Source of the DNA: the human T2T-CHM13v2.0 reference genome, Homo sapiens
DNA: 64,000 nucleotides
Assembly (NCBI RefSeq): GCF_009914755.1
Contig: NC_060927.1
Direction: 5' to 3' (one strand)
Positions 1 through 13,198 of the stretch are shown one piece after another (position 1 is the first letter of the stretch; each line of letters begins with the position of its first letter). Made by a program: the position numbers and the translations under genes. The notes below the pieces were generated by a model. The model saw only the letters and a list, made by a program, of their open reading frames with translations, made no database searches and had not been told where the DNA came from.

Positions 1-399
1 AGAAAATGTTTTCCCCCAAATACACATTAATTAAAACCAAGGGAGAAGAGAACAAGGTGTGACAGCTTTTCTGTGTGAATTAAGCTGGGTAAAATACCTG
101 AACCATGAATCTTTATTTGTGGAATGATAATAGCTAAATCCAAATAGGGTTTTGCACCAACAAATTATTCTACAAATCATGGAGTGCTTCGTATACTAAA
201 AAAAGGAGTTATTGAACGGAATTTGGATGGGGACGATTATTCTGAATTTGTGCTACTCTAAAAGGTAAGAAAATTATGGTAGATATTAGGCCTTATGTTT
301 TGCCTATTTGAATATATACGGCTATAGTAAAATGGAAAGCAGTAGAGGTAGAGGTAAATAAAACAATCTGGACTTAGGGTAAATGATAGCTCTCTGATC

Positions 400-570
400 A
401 TTAGATGTGCATTTGGAGCAGATTAACTCACGGTGCCTGGTGTTCTCATTTCTAAAATGTAGGTGGTGATAACAAAGATAATATATGCCTACCTCACAAG
501 GTCGTTGTGAAGGTTCAGTGAGTGAATAGATGAAGATGATTTTAAAAAGTTTCTGACACCTCAACAACAC
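400..570 (+). mobile_element. MIR SINE fragment
   Basis: MIR core-like sequence ctcatttctaaaatg...cctacctcacaaggtcgttgtgaagg. Confidence 0.7.
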
Positions 571-809
571 CGTTTTAGTGTTATCTTTTATTACATGGCC
601 ATATTGTTTTATGCATTCAAAAGATGTACATGAAATTATCTAAACTATCTGAGGTTTAAGAGGTATAGCTCAGAGTGCCATGGACTATAATAAAGTATGT
701 TGGTGTTATTTCTTCCAGACTATTAAAGAGCGGAACAGAAATGTGACTAAGATCAACCCAATAGTATATCCTTCACTTCCTTTGAATATAGTTTTCTCAT
801 TTTACATAA

Positions 810-1423
810 GCTTTTAATCTTAGAACAGTATACAATTTACAGAAAATTTGGAATGATAGTCAAAGGAGTTTCCACATAACCCACACCCAGTTTTTCCTAT
901 CACTAACATCATACATTATTATGGTATATTTGCCACAACGAATGAACTAATAGTGATACATTATTTTTAACTAAAGTTCATGCTTTATTCAATTTTTCTT
1001 TGTTTCACCTAAGTGTATTTTGCTGTTCCAAGACCTTATTCAGAATACCACGCTGTATTTAGCCATCATGTTGCCTTAGGTTCCCCTTGGCTGTGATATT
1101 TTCTCATACTTTTCTTGGTTTTGGTAACCTTGACTGTCTTAAGGCATGCTGTTCAGAAATTTAATAGAATGCCCCTTAATTAGACTTTGCATTTTTTAAT
1201 GATAAACCTGGGTTTATGTTCTTTGGGGAGGAAGACCATGCAGGTAAAGTGCCATTTTCAACACATTATATTAAGGGTACATACTATCAACATGAATTTT
1301 CACTGTTGATGGTAATACTGATCACCTGGCTGAGTCATGTTTGTTAGGTTTTTTCACTTTGAGGTTAACTCTTTTTTCCTCTTTTTCCATGCCATACTCT
1401 TTGAAAGGAGGCCAGTATTTACA

Positions 1424-1467
<44 letters not shown>

Positions 1468-4400
1468 AGACAGAGTCTCGCTCTGTCTCCTAGCCTGGAG
1501 TGCAGTGGCGTGATCTTGGCTCACTGCAACCTCCAACTCCTGGTTTCAAGTGATTCTCCTGCCTCAGCCTCCTGAGTAGCTGGGATTACACACGCCCGCC
1601 ACCACACCTGGCTAAGTTTTGTATTTTTAGTAGAGATGGGGTTTCACCATGTTGGACCAGGCTGGTCTTGAACTCCTCAGGTGACCTGCCCACCTTGACA
1701 GCCTATTCTTTAAGAGTGGAGAGTTATTTTCTATCTTCTTGAGGGTAGAATATCTACCTAAATTATTTGGAATTTTTCTGCATGGGAGACGTCTTTTTTC
1801 TCACTTTTGTTAATGTATCTGAATATTTATTTATATCATTATAAACTCATGGATAGTTATGTTATACATTGGAATATAATTAAATACTACTTTATTTCCT
1901 CGCTCCATTGCTCCAGTTTTGGCCATTGAAAGCTCTTTCAGTTAGTTCCTGTGTCCCTTTGATATACTCATATTATTTTGAGCATGGTTTTAAATTTTTT
2001 GTTTGTTTGTTTGTTTTTCTTTAATTTGTGGTGCTACAAGATGTTTCAGGCTCATCTTATATATGTCCTGCTTCAGTCATAGAAGCAGCTACTTATCCAA
2101 GGATCTCTGGTTTCTTTTACTGGAGGATAGTTTTAGAAACCAAGAACTGGGCATTAGGTTTTCTCATTGCTGCTGGGTGTTGTTGCTTCTAGGCTGTCTC
2201 AGCTGACAGAGCAAGGAAATATATGGATATATACTGACCCATGTATATGCACATATCTATAAATATTTCTATGTGGAACTAGCTGTACCTATGCTGATTT
2301 CTCCAACTTTTATTCAACCACATGGATCATTCTAGCCTTTTTGCCTTGTTTTTCTGTATCCTCCCACACTAAAGTGAAAAACCTCGCTCTCATACACGCA
2401 TCATCCATTTACTTAATTGTTTTATCACAGTGTACATATATAGTGGTTTCAGAATTGTTAAAATGTAGCCTGTGGAAAATAATTTTATCAAGTAAAGTAC
2501 AGTGCTTATATATCGTTCATTCGGTTCATTTTACGTTAAATTTTATAGATTCGCTAACTTCAGAGTTACTTAAGTTAGTGTCTCCTCCCTTCCACTTCTT
2601 TAGTGAGGTTGTTTCATATATTTGTAATATAGTGAGAATATTTTATCACACTCTACATTCCATCCCAAGATTTCCTGACCTCCTTTGTATTTTATTTTGT
2701 TTTTAATTTGCACACATTAAGGTTCATTACTTGTGCTATAAAGTTCTATGGGTCTTGATAAACCCATAATGTCATGTATCCACCATGAATATACCATACA
2801 GAAGATTTTCACTGCCCTAGGTTCCTGTACTCATCTATTCATCCTTTCCCTGCCACCAACTCCAAGTTCCAGACAACCACTAATCACTTTATCTTATTTA
2901 TAATTTTGCCTTTTACAGAATGTCATATACTTGGAATCATATGGTATGTAGCCTTTTCAGACTGGCTTTTTCACTTAGCAGTATACCTGTAAGATTAATC
3001 CTCATCTTTTCATGGCTTGATAGCTCATTTACTATTATTGCTGAAAATATTCCATAGTATGGATATACCACAACGTATTCATTCACCAACTGAAAGACAT
3101 CTTGCTTGCTTCCAATTCTTGGTAATTATGAATAAAACTGCTATAAACATTCCAATGTGTGTTTTTGCGTAGATGTAAGTTTTAAATCAGTTGGGTAAAT
3201 ATCCAGAAACATAATTGGTGAATCTTCTATAGTAAGGGCATTTTTGGCTCTGTAAGAAACTGTCAAACTGCTTTCCAAAGTACACATACAATTTTGCATT
3301 CTCACCAGCAATGAATTAGAGTCCTTCTGGCCCCACATCTTCACCAGCAATTTCTTGGCAGTCGTTTATACTTTAGCCATTATAATAAGTATATTGAGAT
3401 GTCTCATTGTTTTACTTTTATTTTCCTATGACAAATTATGTTGAAAATGTCTTCATATGCCTATTTGCCTTCTTGATATGTACTTTGTTGAGGTGTCTGT
3501 TACAATCTTTTGCCCATTTTAAAATGTTTTCTAATTGTTGAATTTTAAGAGTTCATTGTATATTTTGGATGTAAGCCCTTTATCAGATATGTGTTTTGCA
3601 AATACTTTTCCCCAGCCTGAAGCTTGTCTTTTTAGTCTCTTAATAGTTTCCTTTATAAAACAAAAGGTTTTAATTTTAGTAAAGTCTAAGTTACCAATTA
3701 TTTTATTTCTGAGATTATACATTTTATCTAAAAATTTATTATCAAACTCAGTGGTCCAGATTTTTCCCATATTTTCTTCCAGACATTCTTTATATTTTTA
3801 AAATTTTTACATTGAGTTCTATGATCCATTTTAAGTTAATTTTTGTGAAAGATGTAAGGTGTATGTCTAGGTTCAATTTTTTTTTTTTTTTTTGCATATG
3901 GACACTCGATTGTTTCAGCACCATTTGTTTGAAAAAAAAGTCTATTATTTCTCCATTGAATTGCTTTTTCTTCTTTGCCCAAGATCAGTTGACGGTATTT
4001 GTATGGGTCTGTATATATATCTGAACCTTCCATTCTGTTTCATTGATCTATAAGTATATTCTTTTGTCAATACCAAATGTCTTGATTACTGCACTTTACA
4101 GTATGTCTTGAAACCAGGTAGAATGAATCCTCCAATTTTTTTCTTTTTCAGTATTGTGTTGGATATTCCAGATCATTTGTCTCTCCACATAAACTTCAGA
4201 GTGAGTTTGCCAATATCTCAAAAAAAAATAAATAACCTGCCAGGATTTTAATTTGGAATGTTTTGAATGTATACATCAAGTTGGGAGGAGCTAACATCTA
4301 GACAGTATTGAGTCTCCTCTCCCATCAATGCAAAACATATCTCTATTTATTTAGATCTTGCTTGAATTTTTGTCAGTTTTATACTTTTCTGCATATAGAT

Positions 4401-4970
4401 CCTGTATTTATTTTATTGGATTTATAGCCAAATATTTCTCTTTTTTCAGTTCTGTTATAAATTTCTATAAATTTTCATTTTTATTTGTTGCTGACACATA
4501 GGAAAGCAATTTCTGTATATTACCCTTGTATTTTGTGACTTTGTTAATAGTTGCTTATTAGTTTCAAGAGGTACTTGAAGACCCATGGATTTTCTATATA
4601 GACAATCATGTCATCTGTGAATAAAACCAGTTTTATATATTTCTTCTCAATTTGTGTATTTTAATATGATTTTGTTATTTTACTTCACTATTTAGGGCTT
4701 CCAGGACAATGTTGAATAGGACTGGTGATAAAAGACATCCTTGGTTTGTTCTCATTCTTAGCATTTTAAGAAGCATCCAGTTTCGTACCATTACACATCA
4801 GGTTTAGGTTTTTTGTAGGTGTTCTATGTCAAGTTGAGGAATTTCTCCTATACTCCCAATGTCCTGAGACTTTTTGGTCATAAATGGATATCGGATGTTG
4901 TCAAATGATTTTTTTTCTCCATCAATTAATAAGATCCTATTTATCTTCTTTAGTCTGTTTATGTGAGTGA
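810..4970 (-). mobile_element. Old L1 (L1MC/MD-like) 3' UTR plus ORF2 C-terminal region, interrupted by an Alu
   Basis: Minus-strand ORF fragments are L1 ORF2-like (LDFTKIKTFCFIKETIKRLKRQASGWGKVFAKHISDKGLTSKIY; YRQLILGKEEKAIQWRNNRLF). The T-rich plus strand is typical of antisense L1. Confidence 0.85.
1427..1697 (-). mobile_element. AluS, 5'-truncated, with a 40-nt pure poly(A) tail
   Basis: T40 (1427-1466) followed by Alu body ending at ...cccaccttg. TSD acagcct at 1421-1427 and 1698-1704. Confidence 0.95.
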
Positions 4971-7739
4971 ATAATTTTTAAAAGTTTACATTGAAATGTC
5001 ACTAGAAATTCAATAATTACTCATTTACTCCTTCCTTTCTCTTATTTTTCTCAGTTTCTTCCATCTCAATTAGAGGTGGCAATCATTCCTTTATTTAAGG
5101 CAAGCTATGTGTTATTTCTCGAAGGGGGAATAGAGAATGTAATGATACCTTTCTAAAGCCAGAATGCCTGTGTTAACTGTCCAGCTTTACATTTTAATTA
5201 TCCATGAGATGCTATATAGATTACTCCTTTACATTGCCTATCTGTAAAATAGGCTAATAGTAAGATCTGTCTTGTGAGGATTAAATATGCTTATACATGT
5301 ATGTTCTTAGAAGAATATCTGCATGTAGTAAATTACGTAAATAATTTATTACATCCTAGAACTCATATTCTTTAGCTCATTGTTGTTCACATTGTAAATA
5401 AGAGCCTATTGATCATATCTAAACTATATAATATTTAAGTTACAGGTCAAGATAATATTTTACACAATATTTGAAAAATTGATATTGCTTTTTTGAATAC
5501 AGAGCTATAATATTGTGGAAATTACAGTGTATGACAGGAAGAATAGTATCTATTATATTTGTCTCACAGAAATTCTATTGGTATAAAACAGAATAACAGA
5601 CATGAATGCAAGTATATTGAGTTAAGCTAGTATTGAATGCCTGCCAAGTGCTGACCACGGTTAGCTCCCAGGCACATAGTGATGAGATGGCCAACATGGT
5701 TCCTCCTTTCACAAAGCTTACAATCAAGTAGGAAAGAAAGATCAATTTTCCTGTAAATTATTTCCTTCATACAATACAGTGAGCATTTCCTCTGTCCAAA
5801 GTGTTCCACGCTTACTGCCTCATTTTAACACTCACAGTAACCCTCTGAAGTTGCTCTTAATACCCTTATTTTACTCATGGAGAAACTAAAACAGAGAGAA
5901 GTTGAGGTTTGCCTCAGGTCCCAAGACTAATGTGACTTAAATTCACTTATTTCTCCTGACTCAAAGTTATTGCTCTTTACGTGCAAGTTTCCACATTCTA
6001 CAAGCTAGCATGATGTCCAAAAGGTATTTTATTCACTTGTCCCATGAAATTGGAACAATAAGAAATTAAAAGTTTGGACATATTTTTCCTATTTTGTCTT
6101 GGAGTCGGAGAGGAACTTAGAGAATGCATTAAATGATTCTAAAACATTGAGCCTGAATGCAAGTACCATCAGCCCATCATCCAGTTGTCTGTAGTTTTAT
6201 CCACAACAATGATATAAGAAATTCAGAATGACTAAATACTAGGAAAGTAGGATCTACCTGCCCTTCATTAACATAGGTTAATATCTGGTAAAAATGGCAC
6301 TAGCATATTTGTTTTAAAAAAAAATCCTAGCATTTATGAAACTATAAATCTAGATATCTTGACATAGCTTTATGGATACCATCACTGATTTGATTAATGT
6401 CACTTCTGTTATTATAGATAATTTAAATTTTTTGCTTGTTCTCAAAGAAAAAAAGGAAAAGAAACTATTCTTCATATTTTAAATTTCAACATTAAATAGT
6501 TAATGAAGCTTGAGTTATGATTCCTTACACAAATATTTACCAACATGAATTTTAACTGCTGAAGAAATGTATTTTAATTTATCTCAGCTTTGGCAGTATC
6601 TTGTTTTAGAAACAAAAGAGTTATGTGCGCTGATGCTGTTTGGTGACTGGGGAACACTGGTCTGACTGCAGTGCTGAGTGGGTAAATCCCCTTGTGCCTT
6701 TAAGAAGTCTTAGTTGCTTAATCTTCATGGACATTTGAAGTGTCTGGAGTGAGCTTTGATAAAAGGTGGATCAACAGGTTGTGCAATAACTTGAGGTTAA
6801 ATGCCTTCCCAGAGGCTCCTAAAGATGATCATTTTGATTTTTCCAATTGAGGTTTTTAAACAGCAGCTGTAGGGCAGCATTGTGATGAGAGGAAAAGCCA
6901 GCAGGATGGTTTTCTGGTACAGCTCCATCTTAAGTAATACAGGCATTATGAAAAAAATGGTGCCATCATTCATAGATTTCAGTTTCAACAAACACTTACT
7001 GAATGCCTTACTCTAGGTCAGTCCCAGTGTTTGCTGTTTCCATGTACTCCATCTCATTTGTTTCTCACTATAGCACTACTGCTCAAGTACTTATTAATAT
7101 CCCAAAATTGCGTATGAGAAATGGAAGCCCCACATGAAGAAGGGAAATAAAGTACATGGTAATTTCCTAGTTGCAGATGCTGGAGCTCTAATATGAGGTA
7201 GGTAGGTAGATGGGTATCATGGCTAGAATGTGGCATCACCATTCAGGATCAGAGATTAATGGGAATTACTGCTGGGTAGCTATAACACAATAACATATCC
7301 TTATGTCCCTTGATGTGGGCGGGGTAAACTTTCCATTTTGATCTTAATTGCGATGTGCTCCAATGAGCAGCTGGTACATAGAGAATTGGAAACAGGAGTG
7401 TCTAGTAGCACTGACTTCCCCACTTCTGAAGTTAAGATAATGAGTTCTTTTACATCCTCTGAATATTCCAGGGATATTTTAGGAATATGTTTGGGATGGG
7501 ATGGTAATAATCACAACATACCAAGCTAGGAACATAAAAAGGTATGGATCATATTAATATCACCCAAATCTCTTTTAAAGTAAATGTATTACAAAAATAA
7601 TGTTAATGAATCCTGGTTAAAAGCGCTACCAAGGCCCATCCAAACCAGAAAATCTGTGATATGTGATTTTAGAAAGGATCATTTAATATTTTCAAATTTT
7701 CTAAAATGAGAGATAGGCTTTGAAACTGAAGATTGTTCC

Positions 7740-7871
7740 TCCTTCAACTTCCAACATGATTGTGATGCCTCCCCAGCCACATGGAGCTGTGAGTCCATTA
7801 AACCTCTTTTTCTTTATAAATTGCCCAGTCTCAGATATGTCTTTAATAGCAGCGTGAGAATGGACTAATAG
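7740..7871 (+). mobile_element. THE1 (MaLR) LTR 3' fragment
   Basis: catgattgtgatgcctccccagccacatggagctgtgagtccattaaacctctttttctttataaattgcccagtctc...ggactaata matches the recalled THE1 LTR 3' end. Confidence 0.85.
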
Positions 7872-8157
7872 AACTCCAGTACGTGCTCCTCAAGAATTAT
7901 CTCTAATGAAAGGGAATTAAGAATTAGTCTGTTTCTGTGAAGATGTGAAAGCTATGAAAATTCATTTCTCCGTATGTCTGAGTATCACAGTAAATGAAGG
8001 AGTGAGTCTTCCAGAGAAGGGATTACAGTAGTTATTTAAGGGAGGCATCTAAACATGAACAAGAAATCAAGGCAAAGTCCAACTGAATATGAGAAGCCAC
8101 CTTTCAGGAAGCTGGAGATAAGGGTGTATGAGAACTGATTTTCAGTAATGTGAGGAG

Positions 8158-8158
8158 A

Positions 8159-8190
<32 letters not shown>

Positions 8191-8215
8191 ATTTTATATA
8201 TATGTTATATATATG
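8158..8215. repeat. Imperfect (TA)n microsatellite
   Basis: Direct reading. Confidence 0.9.
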
Positions 8216-9792
8216 TGTAATTTTTAAGTTCAGCAGGAAATGTGGGAGGAATACAAAAGAGTACCTATTTGGATCATATTTATTCCAACAGAAAATGGAG
8301 GGGAAAGTTCAAAAATTCACATGGTCCAATGCAAAGAGGCCTAGAGTTAAATGTTCTGATAAGGCGCTCCATTCCTTTTCTATCATTTACTAGATAAGTG
8401 ACCTGGGATTGATTCCTCACTGTCTCTGTACTTTCCTATTTTTTGAAGCAGAGGTGATAATACCTGGCCCACGGTCATGTTCAGTACAATTAGTTGAGTG
8501 TATTCTTCAAATCTGAAGGACCTCTGTTTGTTTCTAATCTTTTCTTTCTTTTTCTTCTTTTTCCATGTAGGTGAACACCACATACACAATTTACCTTAAT
8601 AAATTAAATAAATGTGTAACTTGTCTGCAAGTTGGAAATTCCTGAGGGCAAATGCATTATCTTAGGGAGCCTGCAACATGCCTAGTATTACTGAGTTGGC
8701 CAGAGAATTCTTAACACTAGCCCTGGAGGCCTGTACCAGAGTCTGGGTCCTGCTGAATTGGCCCTTGGGGTTTTTCTGGTTCTGGAGCTGCTTTGGTGGG
8801 TTAGTTACTGAGCTTCTCTAGTGGGCCTCTTGTTGTTTTAGTAGCTTCCCTGAGGGAATTAAAGGTTTTAACTGAATGTGAAACATCAGACAGAAACTGC
8901 AGGGAAGATTTATTGACAATGAATCTCAACTTTCCAAAGGTTCATTTGAAACTAACTTCCTTCTAAGCCAAAATGATTCAAATTTGAAACCCTCCAGGGG
9001 CTTCTCTGGGATTTAGGGTATTAGGGAGCTTTTTCCTTGCTGTCGTAGATTATCTCACCATTGTTTCTTGACTTGTAGAAGAGGAGGTTTGATTGGTAAA
9101 TCACCTCTTCCCTACAGCTTTAAATTCTTTACTCATTCAGAAGATAAGCAGGACTCTGGCTGTGGTGCATTCCAAATGTTTCCTCTCCTGCCTGGGTCCC
9201 AAGGAAACCAGCCTGGGCCCTGCCAAGGGTATAATGAGCAGGGCACATGCCACAGGAAAGAGCCAGAGGGAAAAGTTGAGGTTGAGCATCGCAGAAGGTT
9301 ACCATGGATGCTACACTGTTTTTAAAAAGGTAAATATTCAGGATTGAGCAGAGCAAAAAGTACAGACATGAATTTGAGTTTTACCTCTGTCACATGAAAT
9401 GTGATCTCAGGAAACATAAACTTCTTTCATGCTCCTTTTCTGCTTCTGTAAAGTGGCTGAAATAAGTTTTATCTTACAGCACCATTGATATGATTGGAAA
9501 TAATATATGTATAAAGAATAGCAAGAAATTAATAAATCACATCATTAACAACAGGTTTTAGGCACTGGCTCAGGCAATGTGTGCCAGGCATTGTGCAATG
9601 TACCTCATATGTATTATCACATTTAATCCTCTTGAATCTGCAAGGTAGGTGCCATTGTCATTTCCATTTTGCAGATCAGAAAAACTAGGCTAGGTTTAAG
9701 GAACTTGCTCCCAGCCAGCTGATGAGTGGTGCAATCAGAACTGGGATCAGGGTTAACTACAAAGGCCACTCCATGTTCACAAACTTCTCTCA

Positions 9793-10068
9793 GGCCGGGC
9801 ACGGTGTCTCACGCCTGTAATCCCAGCACTTTGGGAGGCCAAGGCCAGCGGATTTGTTGAGCTCAGGGATTTGGGACCAGCCTGAGCAAAACAGTGAAAC
9901 CCCATCTCTACTATAAATAGAAAAATTAGCTGGTCGTGGGGGCATGCGCCTGTAGTCCCAGCTACTCAGGAGGCTGAGGCAGGAGGAGACTGGGAGGTGG
10001 AGATTGTAGTGAGCCAAGATCGTGCCACTGCACTCCAGCTTGGGTGACAGAGTAAGACCCTGTCTAAA
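9793..10068 (+). mobile_element. Alu, AluJ-like
   Basis: ggccgggcacggtg... dimer with J-type ttgagctcagg and agaccctgtct. Confidence 0.9.

Positions 10069-10111
<43 letters not shown>
10069..10111 (+). repeat. (ATAG)n tetranucleotide STR, about 10.75 units, in place of the Alu tail
   Basis: Perfect atag array directly after the Alu end. Confidence 0.97.
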
Positions 10112-11029
10112 CTCTCCCTGATGCTATTTTCTAGGGACCCAATCCGTAGGTCTTCCTATTGAAAAAGAAAAGAAAAGGCAGGTGGCTGCCAGTTTGAGTA
10201 GGGTGTGCATAAGATGATATTGAAAGAAAAGGTAGAGGGCAGAGTCATTAGAACTTTAAATAAAAGCAGTTTTCTAAATCCAGATCCTTACATACTATAC
10301 TAATACAGAGAAAAGCCAGAAAGTGCACTAACACCCCATATTTTGGTCACAGCATTGTCAATATTCTATAGGAAAATTTAGAGCAATTTCATTTGTATCT
10401 TTTTCTCTAAAGACAAGGAAATAGAAACTAAGAAAGTGATCATGACTTATTCAGAGTTATACAGTGAGTTGTTGGGAAAACAGAGGCCAAAACACAGTTC
10501 TCTACCACACCAGACCACCACACTCTACACAACCTCAACCTGGCCTCTGATGGAGAGTCTACAGTCAGTGAGATAGCCTCAAGTTCTCTAATAAACATTC
10601 ACTTACTAGAAAGGACTCTATAGTTATCACTTACACTTCAGTGTGAATTAAGGACACTTTGTTGTTCCCTGTCCCAGAGAACATTTCTTTGGGTTCACAT
10701 TTGGACAACTAGGCCATACATATCCTGTTTCCACTTACTAACCAGATACTACCTACACTTCAGGCTAGCCCTGCGCAATAGGCTAGATGATAAGAGCTAC
10801 AATGGTGGGAGAAAAGTATGATTGCCTGTAGGCAATAGTGTGTGTGTATATGTGTGTGGCTGTCCTGCTCCAACCTAAAAGGTTAAGTAGTAAGGTGATG
10901 TTGGTTTGTGCTATTTTTCTTTCCAGAATGTTCTTTTTCTGGTTCTCTACGTGGTAATACTGAATTAACATTTCAAGTCTCAGTTTTCATTACTTCCCTT
11001 GTGAAGCCACCCATAGCTTACATAGTAGT

Positions 11030-11352
11030 TTCTCCAGCTTTTTAGACAGCCCACCATTTAAATAATATCTACCTATTGTTCAGATTTCACTTTAAATGCC
11101 AGGATCTCAGGGAAACATACCTTCATACCAGGCTTAGACTCCCCTAATACCTGCTTTCATTGTACCCTCTGTTTTCTTCTTCATCCAATTGTCAAAGTTG
11201 TATGAGAGCAGTTACTGTGCTTGGTTAATGTCTGTCTCGTGACTAGGCTATAAATTTAAGGAAGGACAAGGTTCTTTTATTCACAGCTTTATTTCCTCAG
11301 GGCCTAGCACAGTGCTCAGCACAGAATAGGCTCTCAATAAATATTCCTCGAC
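11030..11352 (+). mobile_element. L2 3' fragment
   Basis: cctagcacagtgctcagcacagaataggctctcaataaatatt is a typical L2 3' end. Confidence 0.7.
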
Positions 11353-11809
11353 AGAATAGGTTACCTGCATTCTTTTAAATTGTATATAATTTTTCACAAT
11401 TCGGACACTCTCACTGAATTTTGTTTCCTTAGAGCTTGGCACAGAGTGTTGGCCACTAGAAAATGCTTTTAAAAAGATTTGAAAGAAAAACATGAATAAA
11501 ATAGGCTAAAATCTCTCATCCATGAAAATTTTCTAAATTCCTGTAAATCCAGCTAGCCAGCTAGAATAATTCCTATAGGTGGTTTATCACTTCCTTTCTC
11601 CTTGAGAAGCATTAAAATCACAGAAACCTAGTGTTCCAAATATTTGTAAAATGCTATGATTTTTAAATTTACATTCACCTAGATGTATGATTTTCTTCAA
11701 TATTTTTTACCTATGTATAATATTTGTATAAATAACATGTCATCATTAAAAATCCAATTTAGCAACTAACAACCCAGGTTTCTCAATGCTCAAGCTATCT
11801 GAGAAGCTG

Positions 11810-12030
11810 TATAGTGCAGACTCAAGAGCTTAGATGTTTTATCAGAATGAGTATGACCTCAGCTCTTCTTACTGGATGTGTCCTACAGGCAAATTGCCTA
11901 ACCATTCTGAGCCTCAGTTTCCTCATATGTAAAATGGGGATAGTAATAGGACCTACCCTATAGGATTAGTATAAGGTCTAAATGAGATAATGCCCAGTAT
12001 TTAGCATATAGTAAGTAATGAGTAACTTTG
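11810..12030 (+). mobile_element. MIR SINE
   Basis: ctgagcctcagtttcctcatatgtaaaatggggatagtaataggacctacc is the MIR core. Confidence 0.9.
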
Positions 12031-12878
12031 AGTTTTTTCTTCATTTCAACGCTTTTCATTCTTATTCTTTTTTCATTCTTATTCATTTCTTTCTTTTCTT
12101 TTTCTTTTCATTCTTATTCAATTCTTTTCATTATGATTATTTAGCCTGTGGTTGGTAATACCTAAAACACATCCTTATGGTGCCTGAAGTTGCTCCTGAG
12201 TGCGAAGCAGCCTTCTCACCTAGACGGTGCACACCTCCCATCCCAGATCAGAACCTCTAGTCAATGGGAGAGCATATGGAGTTTTAAAGAACATATTTAT
12301 TATAATATATACTTTTATATTTAGAAAATTTAAAAGGAATCTGTTGTTTTCAAGAACCTTGATAAAGAAAAATATTCTCAAGGGGGGTACACTGAATTCT
12401 CCAGGTGTGTTTAAGATTTTTTGTATGTCAAAAGGTAGAAAGGAACACTGGCCTAGACCTGAAAGGAGATCATTTGCCACCTTAAATTGCTTATTATATG
12501 AGGGAGAAAGTATCAGTCTACTGTGAATTCACAATGCCAGCAGCCATTTAACAGTAACTGTGATACTTCAGGGACTGGGATATCCATAAAGAAGCCTAAT
12601 GTTGACCTGATTTACAAATTAAGGAAAAATTTATTAATTCTGTAGTGCCCATGCATATACTATGTCTAATAAAGTGTGGAATTCTCCCACTCTGCTTTGA
12701 ATTGTGCATTTTAAATATGGAGAAAATCTTTATATCACATCGTATTAATCTATAATCGCCCCCTGGTTTCAGCTCCACCAGCCCACCCTCCCCTACAAAT
12801 ACAAACAGTTGTTACACAGTATAACAATTATGACAAACATTATTTTAGAAAAAAAGAGAAATCAGCTTGCCATTGTGA

Positions 12879-13198
<320 letters not shown>

